From contig NC_069000.1 of NCBI RefSeq assembly GCF_001194135.2, positions 18,874,060 through 18,938,059 of the forward strand: DNA of 64,000 nucleotides, in the 5' to 3' direction. The first letter of the stretch is position 1. Each line of letters begins with the position of its first letter. Made by a program: the position numbers and the translations under genes. The notes beneath the pieces are model-generated. The model did no database searches, had not been told where the DNA came from, and worked only from the letters and a program-made list of their open reading frames with translations. This DNA comes from Octopus bimaculoides (Eukaryota). Positions 36,836 through 48,615 of this stretch are shown piece after piece.

Positions 36836-39204
36836 CTGGCATGGTTAAATGGATGTTGTGAATAATAGCAATGACTGCATATTAATACCTCTAAGAAGGA
36901 GAAGATTTATTATGAATCAGTACATGAAATTAGATCAATGTACATGAACATTTCAATGTTCACTTTAATAATAATTGTCACAAAATACATAAAGGTAATA
37001 ATAAAAATCAACTTGATATCTCTAATACATCATTATTATATGGCTATACTTCATACTGCATAGACATTCTATCATTATGATCACTAATTAATATTAAAAA
37101 TGTGTATTAATGTATCATGTTTATTTTCTTATCTTCAAATATAAAAATTATTTTCATTTAAAACCATATTCTAAAGAATATTACTAGTAGAAATATTTTT
37201 AGTAATTGTAATAAAAAATATCATTCTCCCTATTAGCATAATTAAAGCAGAAATTATTATCTCTTATATTTTGTGTTAAATTGATATAATTAAAAGTGTC
37301 CATGTAATTCAGTTAATTTCTCCACTTTTTAAATGTATATACAAAGTAAAATGGAACAAATTAAATATATACTTTGGATGTTAACAACCATTTTGGTAAG
37401 TGTTATGGAAGACAGAGGGATTACTAGTATTTGATAGATGGTTTAATATAATGGTTGTGCAATGATTTAAACTATTATTGTGGAGTTAAAAAAAAAAAAA
37501 AAAAAAGAGAAAATAAAAAGAAAACTAGGATTTAAAACACTGAAATGTTTATTTCAAGAAAGGATATTTCTTTGAATTCTTGATATAAACCTGATAGAAC
37601 CATATTATATTAGTAGAAGGAAAAGAAATAATACATAGGTAGTGATGATTGTTAAAGAGTGCCATAGCTCAGTTCAGTCAGTAAATCCTAAATCTATTGT
37701 AGGTGGATTTATACTATCAGATACATCCATTACAGTCAATCCTTCTACATTAATAGAGATCATGTCTTTGAATCCACCTGAAACCCAACTGCACCCACTC
37801 TCATATTGGAAACAAAAAAGGAGTAAGATAGGATCAAATACCATTAAAATATTGCTTTTAAATGAATTAATGAGTTGTATAAACTGCAGAAGAATTTTAT
37901 TCATTCACTAACATGTTTTTGTCAGAGGAAAGATATACAGCTTCAGAAACCAGAAGATAAAATATATTAATAATTATAACCAGGATATAACAAAGCATAT
38001 AGAACAATGAAACCAACTGCTTTCTATTGGTAAACAGAATAATTCTTTGTTTGAGTAAACAACAGCCAAATCCAGATATGTCAGACTTAACATTTTAAAA
38101 TATATTACAATTAAACTATGTTTATTATGTTAGGGCAAGGTGTAATATCTTCTTAAATATTAGCTGCTAAATTGATCAATTTCTTTTTATCTTATTTTAA
38201 TCAAATCATAGTAAAATTGAAAAAGAAAATTAATTGAATTTTGATTTTATAAGTTTTATAAAAAAAAAAAGAGTTGCAACATTTTATGAGTTCACTTATG
38301 AAAGAAAGTGCATGATTGAAATTACTATAAACACCATTAGCATTAGCTACAGATATTATAAATTTTTTCATAATTTTGTACAAATTTACCAATACAAGTA
38401 AAATCAGGGGGGGAAAAATCTATAATTGTGTACAAATATTCATTAGCAGTTTAGAAGATATTATGCAAATACTGAGAATGAAATGGCTAGAAGTTGACCA
38501 TTGTAGAAGGAAGGATAAAAGAAATAGAGTTATTGTTAAAAAATAGAACTAAGTTTATCATATAACTCAAATTGTAAGTGTTAATGTAATCTAACATCTT
38601 AGACGGGTAATATAAATATTCAGAGATTTATAAAAGCAAGGCAAATAGGAGTAGTAGGTTGAAAAAAAAAAAAAAAACGACAAAATATAGGCAATACCAG
38701 TTTGAAAAACAGAAATGTCATTCATTAGTTATGACTGTTATATGTTAAGTTAGGGATTTACATAAAATACAATTCTATGGGAGTATTAGATATAGTTCTA
38801 AGTTTATCTGATAATGGTTTCTCTATGGTAGATCCCTATGGTTTTTAATAGAACCCACATTATGCTAAAGATATAAGTTTCTATCTAATTTGAAGACTCT
38901 TTATTATACACCAATACAGTAAGCTAGAAGAAGCCTCTACACAATCATTTGATCTGCTAGAAATGGCAAAGAATCTCTCAAATCACGCCCATACCATCTT
39001 ATGTAAGTATAAGAAACATTAATATTATCCTGCATACCCCTAAAAAGAAGGGATGGTCAAGGTAAGAAGGCCTTACCAACCCTTCTGCTCAGTCAGGGTT
39101 GACTTGGAATTAAACAACTTGATCGATTCTGAAAGTAGAAATTTCTTGTTTTTTGATGTTGGATTCAACTAGTGTCTGTCTATAATTTGAATACCTTCTA
39201 AATA

Positions 39205-40403
39205 TTGGGTCATTCCATAAATGTGGTTTTTTTATACATATTTTATTTTTCAAAATTAAGATGCACAAAGTTCTTTTTTAATCTACAATGCTCTTCCATC
39301 TATCTGGTAGACTTGCAAGGCCCTTCTTCCAAAATTCACTTGCCCATGAGGAAAAATACTCCTCCAGTACTGTTCTGACCTCATCTACAGAATTCATATT
39401 TTTTCCATCAAAATGATTTTGAAGACTGATAATCAGATGAGATAAGGATAATGTCTAGCGAATATAGTGGGTGGGGCATTGCTTCCCATTCAAACTGCTC
39501 CAGCCTTTGGAATGTCATCTTTGCTATATGTGGCTGAGCATTATCCTGGTGGAAGAACACCTTTCATCTTGAAACCAAAGATGGATATCCTTTGTTATCG
39601 TTTGGTGTGTGTTTAAAAGTTCAAAGTGGACTAAACCTTTCATATCCAACCAAACAGATAACAACACCTTACGTGGGCGAAGACTTTCTTTAGCCTGGGG
39701 TGCCAGTGTTTCTTCTTTCCCTACCCACTGTCTTCAGCACTTGACATTTTTATAGAGAACCCATTTCTCATCACCAGTCACTATTCGGTCCAAAAAGGTT
39801 CATTTGTGAGACATGATAGCAAAGAAGAGCACACATTCACTCTCTGCACGAAATTAAACTCAGAAAGTTTGTGAGGAACCCATTGACTCAATTTGCTGAC
39901 TTTGCCAATGGCATGCAGGTGTTGATGAATGGTTGAATGACCAAAGCCAAGCTTCTCTGCTAGTTCAAGTTATGATGGGATTTTGTTCCACCAGGGTTTG
40001 CAGGACATCCCCACTGAGCTCTACAGATCTTCCAGGATGAGGCTCATCTTCTAGGCTGTAGTTTCTGGCTTGGAATTTCTGGAACCACCATTGACACTGG
40101 CTTACACTTATTGTCTGATCCCCATATACTGCATTAATATTCCTCGCACTTTCCATTGTTGTTGCCTTTACTGAACTCATAAAGCAAAATATGCCAAATA
40201 TGCTCCTTTGTCACTTCCATTATAGCTTTGAAAAAATAACTGTTAAAATTGAACTGCACTCTTCAAAACTTGCACTAAGAATAAGTACAAGGTAAAATGA
40301 CTACCTGCTTTTATAGCAAGTTGATGCAGGTAGTTTATCCTGTTCCCCTCCGACTTTTAGTTCATGCAATTGAGAAAACTGCATTATTTATCGGATGACC
40401 CAA
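39205..40403 (-). mobile_element. Full-length decayed mariner (DD34D-type) transposon
   Basis: TIRs ttgggtcattccataaat / atttatcggatgacccaa with TA on both sides; HTH ARNINAVYG..WFQKF..SLEDEPHPGR; TGDEKW and HQDNAQPH motifs. Confidence 0.9.
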
Positions 40404-40826
40404 TAGTTTGGGATTTTACTTCAATACTTCAGAAAATTTGCTATCTCACTGCTTGTGGCTTCCTAACAAACATGCATCCTTGTCCCACATACAGTTCACT
40501 TTACTTTATTAACTAATTAAAAACTATCCTAAGAAACAATTACTGATGTTGAGTAAATTACCTCTGTCACACTTTTTTTAAACGTAGCAGATTCAACATT
40601 ACACTTAATTTCATATGTTTATATGATTGTCATTGAAATGAGTTACTATGAGTGGGTCTAAATGATGACAGTCATGTGATGCTTGTATTAAAGCATTTTA
40701 ATACCAACATCATTAACACACAACCTGTTTTCCTATCAACAAGTTCTCAAAATGTTCATCTATTTTTATAGTAAACTTATTAAGAAAACAAAAATATATT
40801 CATTTTCATTGATCAATTTGTTTTAG

Positions 40827-40899
40827 AAAATGGGGACATTATATTGATTTGGGGGTCAGCTCTATTTGTATATACCACAATCAGCAATCTGTCTCAAAA
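40827..40899 (+). CDS. Candidate 73-nt exon (KWGHYIDLGVSSICIYHNQQSVSK or NGDIILIWGSALFVYTTISNLSQ)
   Basis: Acceptor ttcattgatcaatttgttttag, donor gtatgc, two open frames. Confidence 0.3.
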
Positions 40900-41383
40900 G
40901 TATGCTTCTTAATTCACCCACAAATGGCTTTGCACATACAGTTGAATGATTATATATTAGACAACTTATTTTTCATCTAATAGATTTCAAATATTCCTTA
41001 CAGTTGATTCTGGAATGAAAATTAGATGAATTGCAAGCAATTTAATCTAGCTAAATAATTTGGTTAGATGAATTTATTTTAGTTTAGTATTACTTTTGTG
41101 TAACCTCCTGTGTTTTGTTAATAGATGCAATGCCTTAAATCATTTTGCAATACTGGAGATTTAACAGGTTCACAAAATTAATCTTTATTTCTTCTGTTGT
41201 ATACATGCATGCACAACACACATACACAAATTCACTCACAGACACTGTAGTCATCTTTGTCTTTCATCCTTCCAGGTTTGATAAAATAAAGTGCAATTGA
41301 AATTGACTAACAGCCTCCCCTCAAAACTACTGGCCTTGTACCTAAATCAGAAACAATTATTATTATCATTGTTGTTGTTATTA

Positions 41384-41810
41384 AGGTGGTGAGCTGGCAG
41401 AATTGTTAGCACATTGGGCAAAATGGTTAGTGGCATTTTGTCTGTCTTTACATTCTGAGTTCAAATTCCACTGAAGTTGACTTTGTGTTTCGTCCTTCTG
41501 GGTCAATAAAATAAGTACCAGTTGAACACTGGGAGCAAATGTAATCAACTTCCCCACACTTGCTGGCCTTGTGCCAGAATACAAAACTATTATTAAGGCG
41601 GTGAGCTGGTAGAGTCATTAGCAAACTGAACAAAATGCTTAAGAGCATTTTGTCTATCTTTACATCTGAGTTCAAATTCTACCAAGATCGACTTTGCTGT
41701 CATCCTTTCAGGGTTGATGAAATAAGTTGAGCGCTGGAGTCAGTGTAATTGACTAGCCCACTCCCATCAAAATTTCAGGCCTCATGCCTATAGTAGAAAG
41801 GATTTTTATT
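41384..41810 (+). mobile_element. Two head-to-tail SINE family 2 copies
   Basis: Heads taaggtggtgagctggcag (41384) and taaggcggtgagctggtag (about 41593). Confidence 0.9.
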
Positions 41811-43474
41811 ATTGCTGTTGTTTAGTCAAATGAATAGGACTGAACTCATCTCTGCATATCCTGTCCTAGACACATAATACTGATACTGTTAGTGTTTCAT
41901 TTGAACTTCTCAAAGTAAATGCTAGAAATGTTATTGATGCATAATAAACTCAATAACATGAAGATCATTAAAAAAAGTAAACACTCAACATAAGAGAATA
42001 TGCCCAGGATGCAAAATTTAAAAAATTCATATTAAATACATTATTCCTAAAAATTAAAATGTTGAGGAAACTTATTACACCCAACTTACATTTTTAAAAG
42101 AAAATATATTAACTTTAAGAAGAGTAATGTGAAGCTTTTCATAAAGAACTTTTGGTGCAGAGAGAGAAAGAGAATTTTAGACTAAGGATGTTTTCAAATA
42201 TAATTCAAAACTATGCAGAAGTAGATTGTTTTTATCTTTTACAAGACAAAAATGTCTATATTTTCCATCTGTAAAATGTTGAAAACAGAGGGAAATGTCT
42301 GAATGTTTTGGGTGGTTTAAAAGTTCATGCTTCCACTCAAGATAAAACACTGAATAAGATGTTTTGAATTGTACCTAAACGTTTTACATTGGATAATTTA
42401 AATATAACATTTATGTGCTAAAACTGTAAAAAAAACTAGATAAAATGCTGTGAGTACAGAATCCAATACTTTAGAAAATAAAAGTGATGTGATTGGTACT
42501 AAAGACAAGTGAGTAGAAATCCTAGAATAACAACGCAGGAGGAATTGTTTGAATATATAAGTGAAATAATCCAGTTAGATAATCAGGAGTGAATAGAATT
42601 GTCTTCCCTATATCTTGCAGCACAACACATGCTTCCTCTATTGTGTTGTGGTGTTTCCCCAACAGAAGGTCAATGTTGAAGTAGACTTGACCCAAACTGA
42701 CATGAGATTTGAAACTTCTGGGAGAACTTGGTTATGAGGTCTGTGCTCTTGGATAGTGAAAAAGCAATTTGCATTCCATTCTGTATATGGTATTGCATTG
42801 AAATTCTGCTTTACTGAAACCTTTTATACATCACCTTTAATATATGCTATGTTTAGTGCAAGAGTTGGTTAAGTCCATATATGAAGGACAGTTGGAATCA
42901 CTAAAAGTAATGCCATTTATGTAATATTGTGAGAATTTAAGAATTTCATATATTTATTCTATTTAATATGAATAAGCTTCTGGCAAAGTGATTTTCATAA
43001 ATAATAAATTATGTAAGAAATATATGTGCAGAATTATTTTAACTCCTTTTTACCAAATAAATATAATCTAAATGAATACAACTAACCATTACACTGACAC
43101 ATTTACAAATTTGGTTACTTCTAAGATTTCAAACTGGCTTTAAGAACAATAAGGAGATATTTGTTAGTGCGATTTAAGAGAAAAATAATTTGTGCCATTT
43201 TGTGCTGACAAATGAATACTTTCCAGATTTAAAAAGAACAAGACATTCAACAAAACAACCAATAAATTGATATTTAGGGATCTACTTAAAAATATCATTG
43301 CTTTTGTTATTAGTATACAGGATTTCTTTTAAAAAAATTTTAATTGTGGAAAAATATTAAATATTTCATTAATGTTAATAGTGGGGATATTATTATACTG
43401 AAGGAAAGTGTTCAATTAGGTATGTTAGCTCTAACACTCTTGGTTATTATGCAAATTTAAAATCAAAATCGGAG

Positions 43475-43518
43475 CAATTATATATATATTCACACACACA
43501 CACATATATATATATGTG

Positions 43519-43566
<48 letters not shown>

Positions 43567-43672
43567 TGTATACACATATATATGTATATATATATGTATA
43601 CACATATATGTATATATATATATATATGGTTTACATACATATATATACATATATATATATATGTATACATAC

Positions 43673-43751
<79 letters not shown>

Positions 43752-43788
43752 NNNNNNNNNNTACATATATATACATATATATATATGT

Positions 43789-43836
<48 letters not shown>

Positions 43837-43925
43837 GGTTTACATACATATATATACATATATATATATGTATACATATATGTGTATATATATATATATA
43901 TATATGTATACACACACACATACAC
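43475..43925. repeat. Complex (TA)n/(TACA)n/(GA)n microsatellite
   Basis: Seen directly; contains a short N gap. Confidence 0.95.
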
Positions 43926-44019
43926 ATTGAATGATAAAAGTTGTATGTTGTGTTTGTCAGCAGAAATCTTAAAATAATTAAAAGGTGTAAATTTAGGCAA
44001 AGACTAAGCATTAACTCAC

Positions 44020-44056
44020 CTGGCAAAAGGAACAGTAAAAGTTCAACATTAAAAAT
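44020..44056 (-). CDS. Candidate 37-nt exon
   Basis: Acceptor ataatttgttttggacag, donor CCAG|gtgagt; open as IFNVELLLFLLP or FLMLNFYCSFCQ. Confidence 0.3.
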
Positions 44057-44770
44057 CTGTCCAAAACAAATTATGCAAATATTAAGTTTGAAATATAATA
44101 AGCATGTTAAAATGTATTACAATTTACGCAAAGCAAAGGGAAAATAATCAAGAATTCTGAAATTCTTATCTAGATATCTCTTTACTGTCTAAACATGCTT
44201 GTGAAATGCATGGCTGTCTAAACATTACTGTTTTCCAGTTATATTAAACACAGCTGTTAGTACAACGGTATGCACCAAACATGCCACAGTGCCTGTCTCT
44301 TTGTAAACCAGATAAACTTATTTAAAAATCTACCTCTGTCATGTTGATATTTAATTCAAATCTTAAAAAAATATAATTCAATTAAAATGGTAAACAAGTG
44401 TTAATTAAACTTATTTACAGTTACATACTCTATAATCCACAACCAACCATCTAACTATAAAGTGGAATGTACGATCTTTTTTTTAAAAATTAGTTTTCAA
44501 TTGAAGTACATAGAATAGAATGTATGCTTAGGAGTATACATCACTTATGAATTGAACTTTTAACACACAGACCAGTAAATACTTCTTCCTTTTAAAACTT
44601 TTACAGACACACATGTACATATAATGTGTGTGCGTGCGTGTGTAAAGAACATACCACCCAACACTAGCTGTTGATCAATGACTTTAGAATAAGAGAAAGA
44701 CTGCAAGGTAAAAGATATTCTGAAGAATAAAGGTGTGGAAATTGAAAGAACTTTCTAATAAATATATATA

Positions 44771-45596
44771 CAGGGTGCGGTGAATAAGCTATCATCTAAA
44801 TTATAATGCAAAAATGAAAATAACTGACATCTCATTTTAACAGGTATATTTACTAAAATTACATAAAAGTATCTTGAAATACTAAAGAGTAAATTTATGT
44901 AATAAAATCGCCATTGGCTTCAACCACAGCCTCCAGATGACTTCAGAATCCCTTGCAACTCTTTTCTTGCCTTCAGTTCATCTTTGGTGTTACAAGAAGT
45001 TTTGTTGGTTTCTCACTCAAATGTGCCCCACACATAATAATCAAGTGGGTTGCAGTGTGGGGAGTTAGGTGACCAGATTTTAGAGGTGATGTGGTCACAG
45101 AAATTGTCTGACAGCCATGACTAGATTCACCTGCTTGTGTAGCATGGTGCAGAATCCTAGTCCTCTTGCCAGACATAAGGTCTTCTTTCTTGACCCAGGG
45201 CAACACTACCTCCTCTAGGCATTTCATGTAGGCCTCCATGTTGAGTTTGAGGCCATGTGGGAAGATGAAAGGAGGTATAACGTAACCATCACTAGTGATC
45301 ACTCCAAACACTATGACGGTGACTGGATGTTGGATTTTTATCACTTTCGGTACATGTCTTCAGATTGACACCCAAACACTCTGAAATGTTCATATTGGAG
45401 CTTCTGGTGTGAATGCCAAGCAGTATAGCATGTTGTTTCTAAATGTCTGGCAGAGCAAATTGCGTCATGGTGCTGTTTTTCTCACATACAGTGCCCAGCT
45501 GACCTTACTATACTTTGTAGTCGACAAAATCAAAGACAAACAATGTGCATGCATGAAATAAAAAACATAAAATGGTGACAATTTATCCATCACACC

Positions 45597-45599
<3 letters not shown>
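44771..45599 (-). mobile_element. Non-autonomous Tc1/mariner-family element, copy 2
   Basis: TA|cagggtgcggtgaata...caccttg ends; homologous to 26210-27488, with the same deletion junction. Confidence 0.85.
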
Positions 45600-45632
<33 letters not shown>

Positions 45633-45642
45633 NNNNNNNNNN

Positions 45643-45679
<37 letters not shown>

Positions 45680-45682
<3 letters not shown>

Positions 45683-46410
45683 TCATCATTTAATGCCTAA
45701 TTTCCATGGTGGCATGGTTTGGACGGTTTGACTGAGGACTGGTGAGCCAGATGGCTGCACCAGGCTCCAATCTGATCTGGCAGAGTTTCTATAGCTGGAT
45801 GCCCTTCCTAATGCCAACCATTCCGAGAGTGTAGTGGGTGCTTTTACGTGCCACCAACACGAGGGCCAGTCAGGTGGTACTGGTGACGACCAGAGTCAAA
45901 TGGTGTCTTTTATGCGCCACCTGCACAGGAGCCAGTCCAGCGGTGCTGGCTCAAATGGTGTTTTTTATGTGCTACCTGCACAGGAGCCAGTCCAGCAGCA
46001 CTGGCAACGACCTTGCTCCAATGTTGTTTTTCATGTGCCAGTAAGGTGATACTGGTAATGATCACACTCGAATGGTGCTTTTTATGTACCACCGGCATGA
46101 GAGTCAGTCAGCGGCCCTGGCACTGATCATGCCCGGATGGTGTTTTTAATGTTCGACTGGCATGGGTGCCAGTCAGGCAGTGCTGTTATTGGCCACGTCA
46201 GCGAATTTAATTTTGATTTCACTTGCCTCAACAGGTCTTTGCAAGCAAAGTTTAGTGTCCAACAAAAGAAAGGTACGCATAAGTAGGCTGGTTACACCGC
46301 TGGCATGGGCCACAGGACATGGTCTCACTTGGCTTGCAGGGTCTTCTCAAGCACAACATATTTCCAAAGGTATTGGTCACTAGTCATTGCCTTGGTGAGG
46401 CCCAATGTGC
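45680..46410 (-). mobile_element. RTE-type 3'-tail element with about 6 tandem 50-65 bp units
   Basis: catcatttaatgcc...gcagagtttctatagctggatgcccttcc followed by repeated gccagtc...actggc...aatggtg..ttttatgtgccacc units. Confidence 0.8.
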
Positions 46411-46455
<45 letters not shown>

Positions 46456-46589
46456 GAGAGAGAGTGAGTGTGATTCTACATGACACTTGACAAAGGAGAA
46501 AGAGATACAGACCTACGTATCTGCTGAAAACAAAAACAAACTAAAGGCAAAAGCAAGATTCAACCCAGATGTAAGGTAACAACTTTTAT

Positions 46590-46935
46590 GATGTTTTACT
46601 TGTTTCAGTCATTAGACTGTGACCATGCTGGGGCATTGCTTTGAAGGGTTAAGTCAAACAAATCGACTTCAGTACTTTTTATTTTTAAACCTGGTATATA
46701 TTCAACAAGTCTCTTTTTTCTGAACCACTAAATTATGGGGATGTAAACAAACCAACAAATGTTGTCAAGCAGGGGGGGCAGACACAAATACAACAGGATT
46801 CTTTCAGTTTCCATTTACCAAATTCTCCACACAAGGCTTTGGATGGCCAATAGCTATAATAGAAGACACTTGCCAAAGGTGTCACACAGTAGGACTTAAC
46901 TTGAAACTATGCAGTTGGGAAGCAAACTTTTTACC
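46590..46935 (-). mobile_element. SINE family 1
   Basis: ttgtttcagtcattagactg...cagtttccatttaccaaat...ctataatagaagacacttgcc. Confidence 0.8.
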
Positions 46936-46959
46936 ACAGTTACACCTGCATCGATCATC

Positions 46960-48400
46960 AAAGAATAGTATTGTAGAGAGAGGTATAAAAGAGAGGCCTG
47001 GAAAGACAAGAGGAAAGGAGGTAGCAAAGAACAATATCAAGTGGTTAACTGAGAAACTAGGCAACAATTGTATAGAGTTCAAAGCAAAGCAGAAAGCAGG
47101 AGGTTTGCCAATGCTCTGCAATAAGAGGATCAGAGGTATAAAGTGTTCCAGAGTAAATCAAGACATTGTTCAAGAAAAGTGTGTCCTCAATAATGCTGAG
47201 AAGAAAGAGACATAAAAATGCTATTATGAAAGGCTGCTGAATGTAGAAAATGTGTGGGAGGGTGAAGAACTGACCCAATTATACTCAACAGAAGGATCAG
47301 CTACTGAAGTAGACAGCTATATGATCAAAATGGCTAATATGGATATGAAGTTATGGCAAATGCAGTTGGTCTATCAGGTTAAGTTGCTAAAAATATCCAG
47401 CACAATAGCATCCAAGTAATATGAAGAGGTATCATACCCAATGATAGCAGTATAAATGTCAACAATTACAAGGGCAACGGAGATGCTTTAGCAAAAAGCA
47501 AATACAGAAGTAGCAAACTGATGGACCAAGTTATGTAATTAATGAAACAAGTATTACCACAACTGATTAGGAAGAGATTCAGGTTCGATGAGATGCACTT
47601 CAGATTTGCACCAGTTCAGGGTACTACTAATGCTCTCGTTATAGTAAGACAAAAAAGTTTTACCTAAAAGTAAACCTCTCTAACTAGGATTTATTGATCT
47701 GGAGAAGGTCTTTTCTGGTTGTACCATGATCTGTAGTTGTACTATAATCAGGGGTTTTTAGAAAATTAAGTGAAAACAAATGATTTGTGTGAGATAAGCT
47801 ATGTCGAGATGCAAACAGTAAAATAAGATTTAGCAATGAGTTCAGTGAGAAATTTAGCTTACAGCTAGGATTTGATCAAAGTTTGGTTTTCATTTACTAC
47901 ATTTCAACAAACCGTCACAAATGAGTTTAAGACTGGTTTTTCATGAGAAGCCTTATATGCCAAAGGTCCAGTCCTTATAGCAGAGTTTGTGGAAGACTTT
48001 GAGAAGAAATTCCTGATATGGAAATAAAATCCGAACTTTAGGTAAGAAGATAGAACCCTGCAGCCTTCAGTGAAATGAACATGCTCAGTGTACAGAAAAG
48101 GGACAGTCTGTGAGCTATGGGTGCAGAAGAGGATACTGGAACCACAGGCAGGATGACAGTGAATAAACACTGCATATATGACAGATGTACAGTATTTAGC
48201 AGTTAGAGTAATAGTAAAATACATTTTTTCAATGTTTGGAAGGCTTCATGCAAGTTGTTGATAACTTCTGTTAACTAGTTGACTTAATCAGCTGTCGAAA
48301 AGGATGCTCTGAAAGCACCCTCCTCTACAGTTGTCACAATAAGAACAAGATGGAAACAAATCTGCTGACAACATTGCTGTGTACTGAGTGATGTGGCTAC
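46960..48400 (+). mobile_element. Decayed RTE LINE RT region
   Basis: Collinear with other RTE copies in the window (aggtttgccaatg, tgctattatgaaaggctgctgaatg, ggatttattgatctggagaaggtcttt = F.DLEK.F). Confidence 0.7.
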
Positions 48401-48615
48401 TGAATACAGAGAATATGTGAATGTATATTATTGCAAAAGTCTATCTTGTTACGGTTGACGTTATTACTTCTCATATTTCTAGGACTGATAAGATGAGCAT
48501 CAGTGAAATGCTCATGCTGAATCAGGAGAATATATCTATTCCTTGCTTTACAAAATGAACAATATGATTCTAAATAAAAGAAAGCAAAATTTAAGTAAAC
48601 TGGTTTGTACTTTCT

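Noticed and set aside
43431-44026. Several YI-repeat ORFs
   Set aside because: Translation of (TA)n microsatellite.
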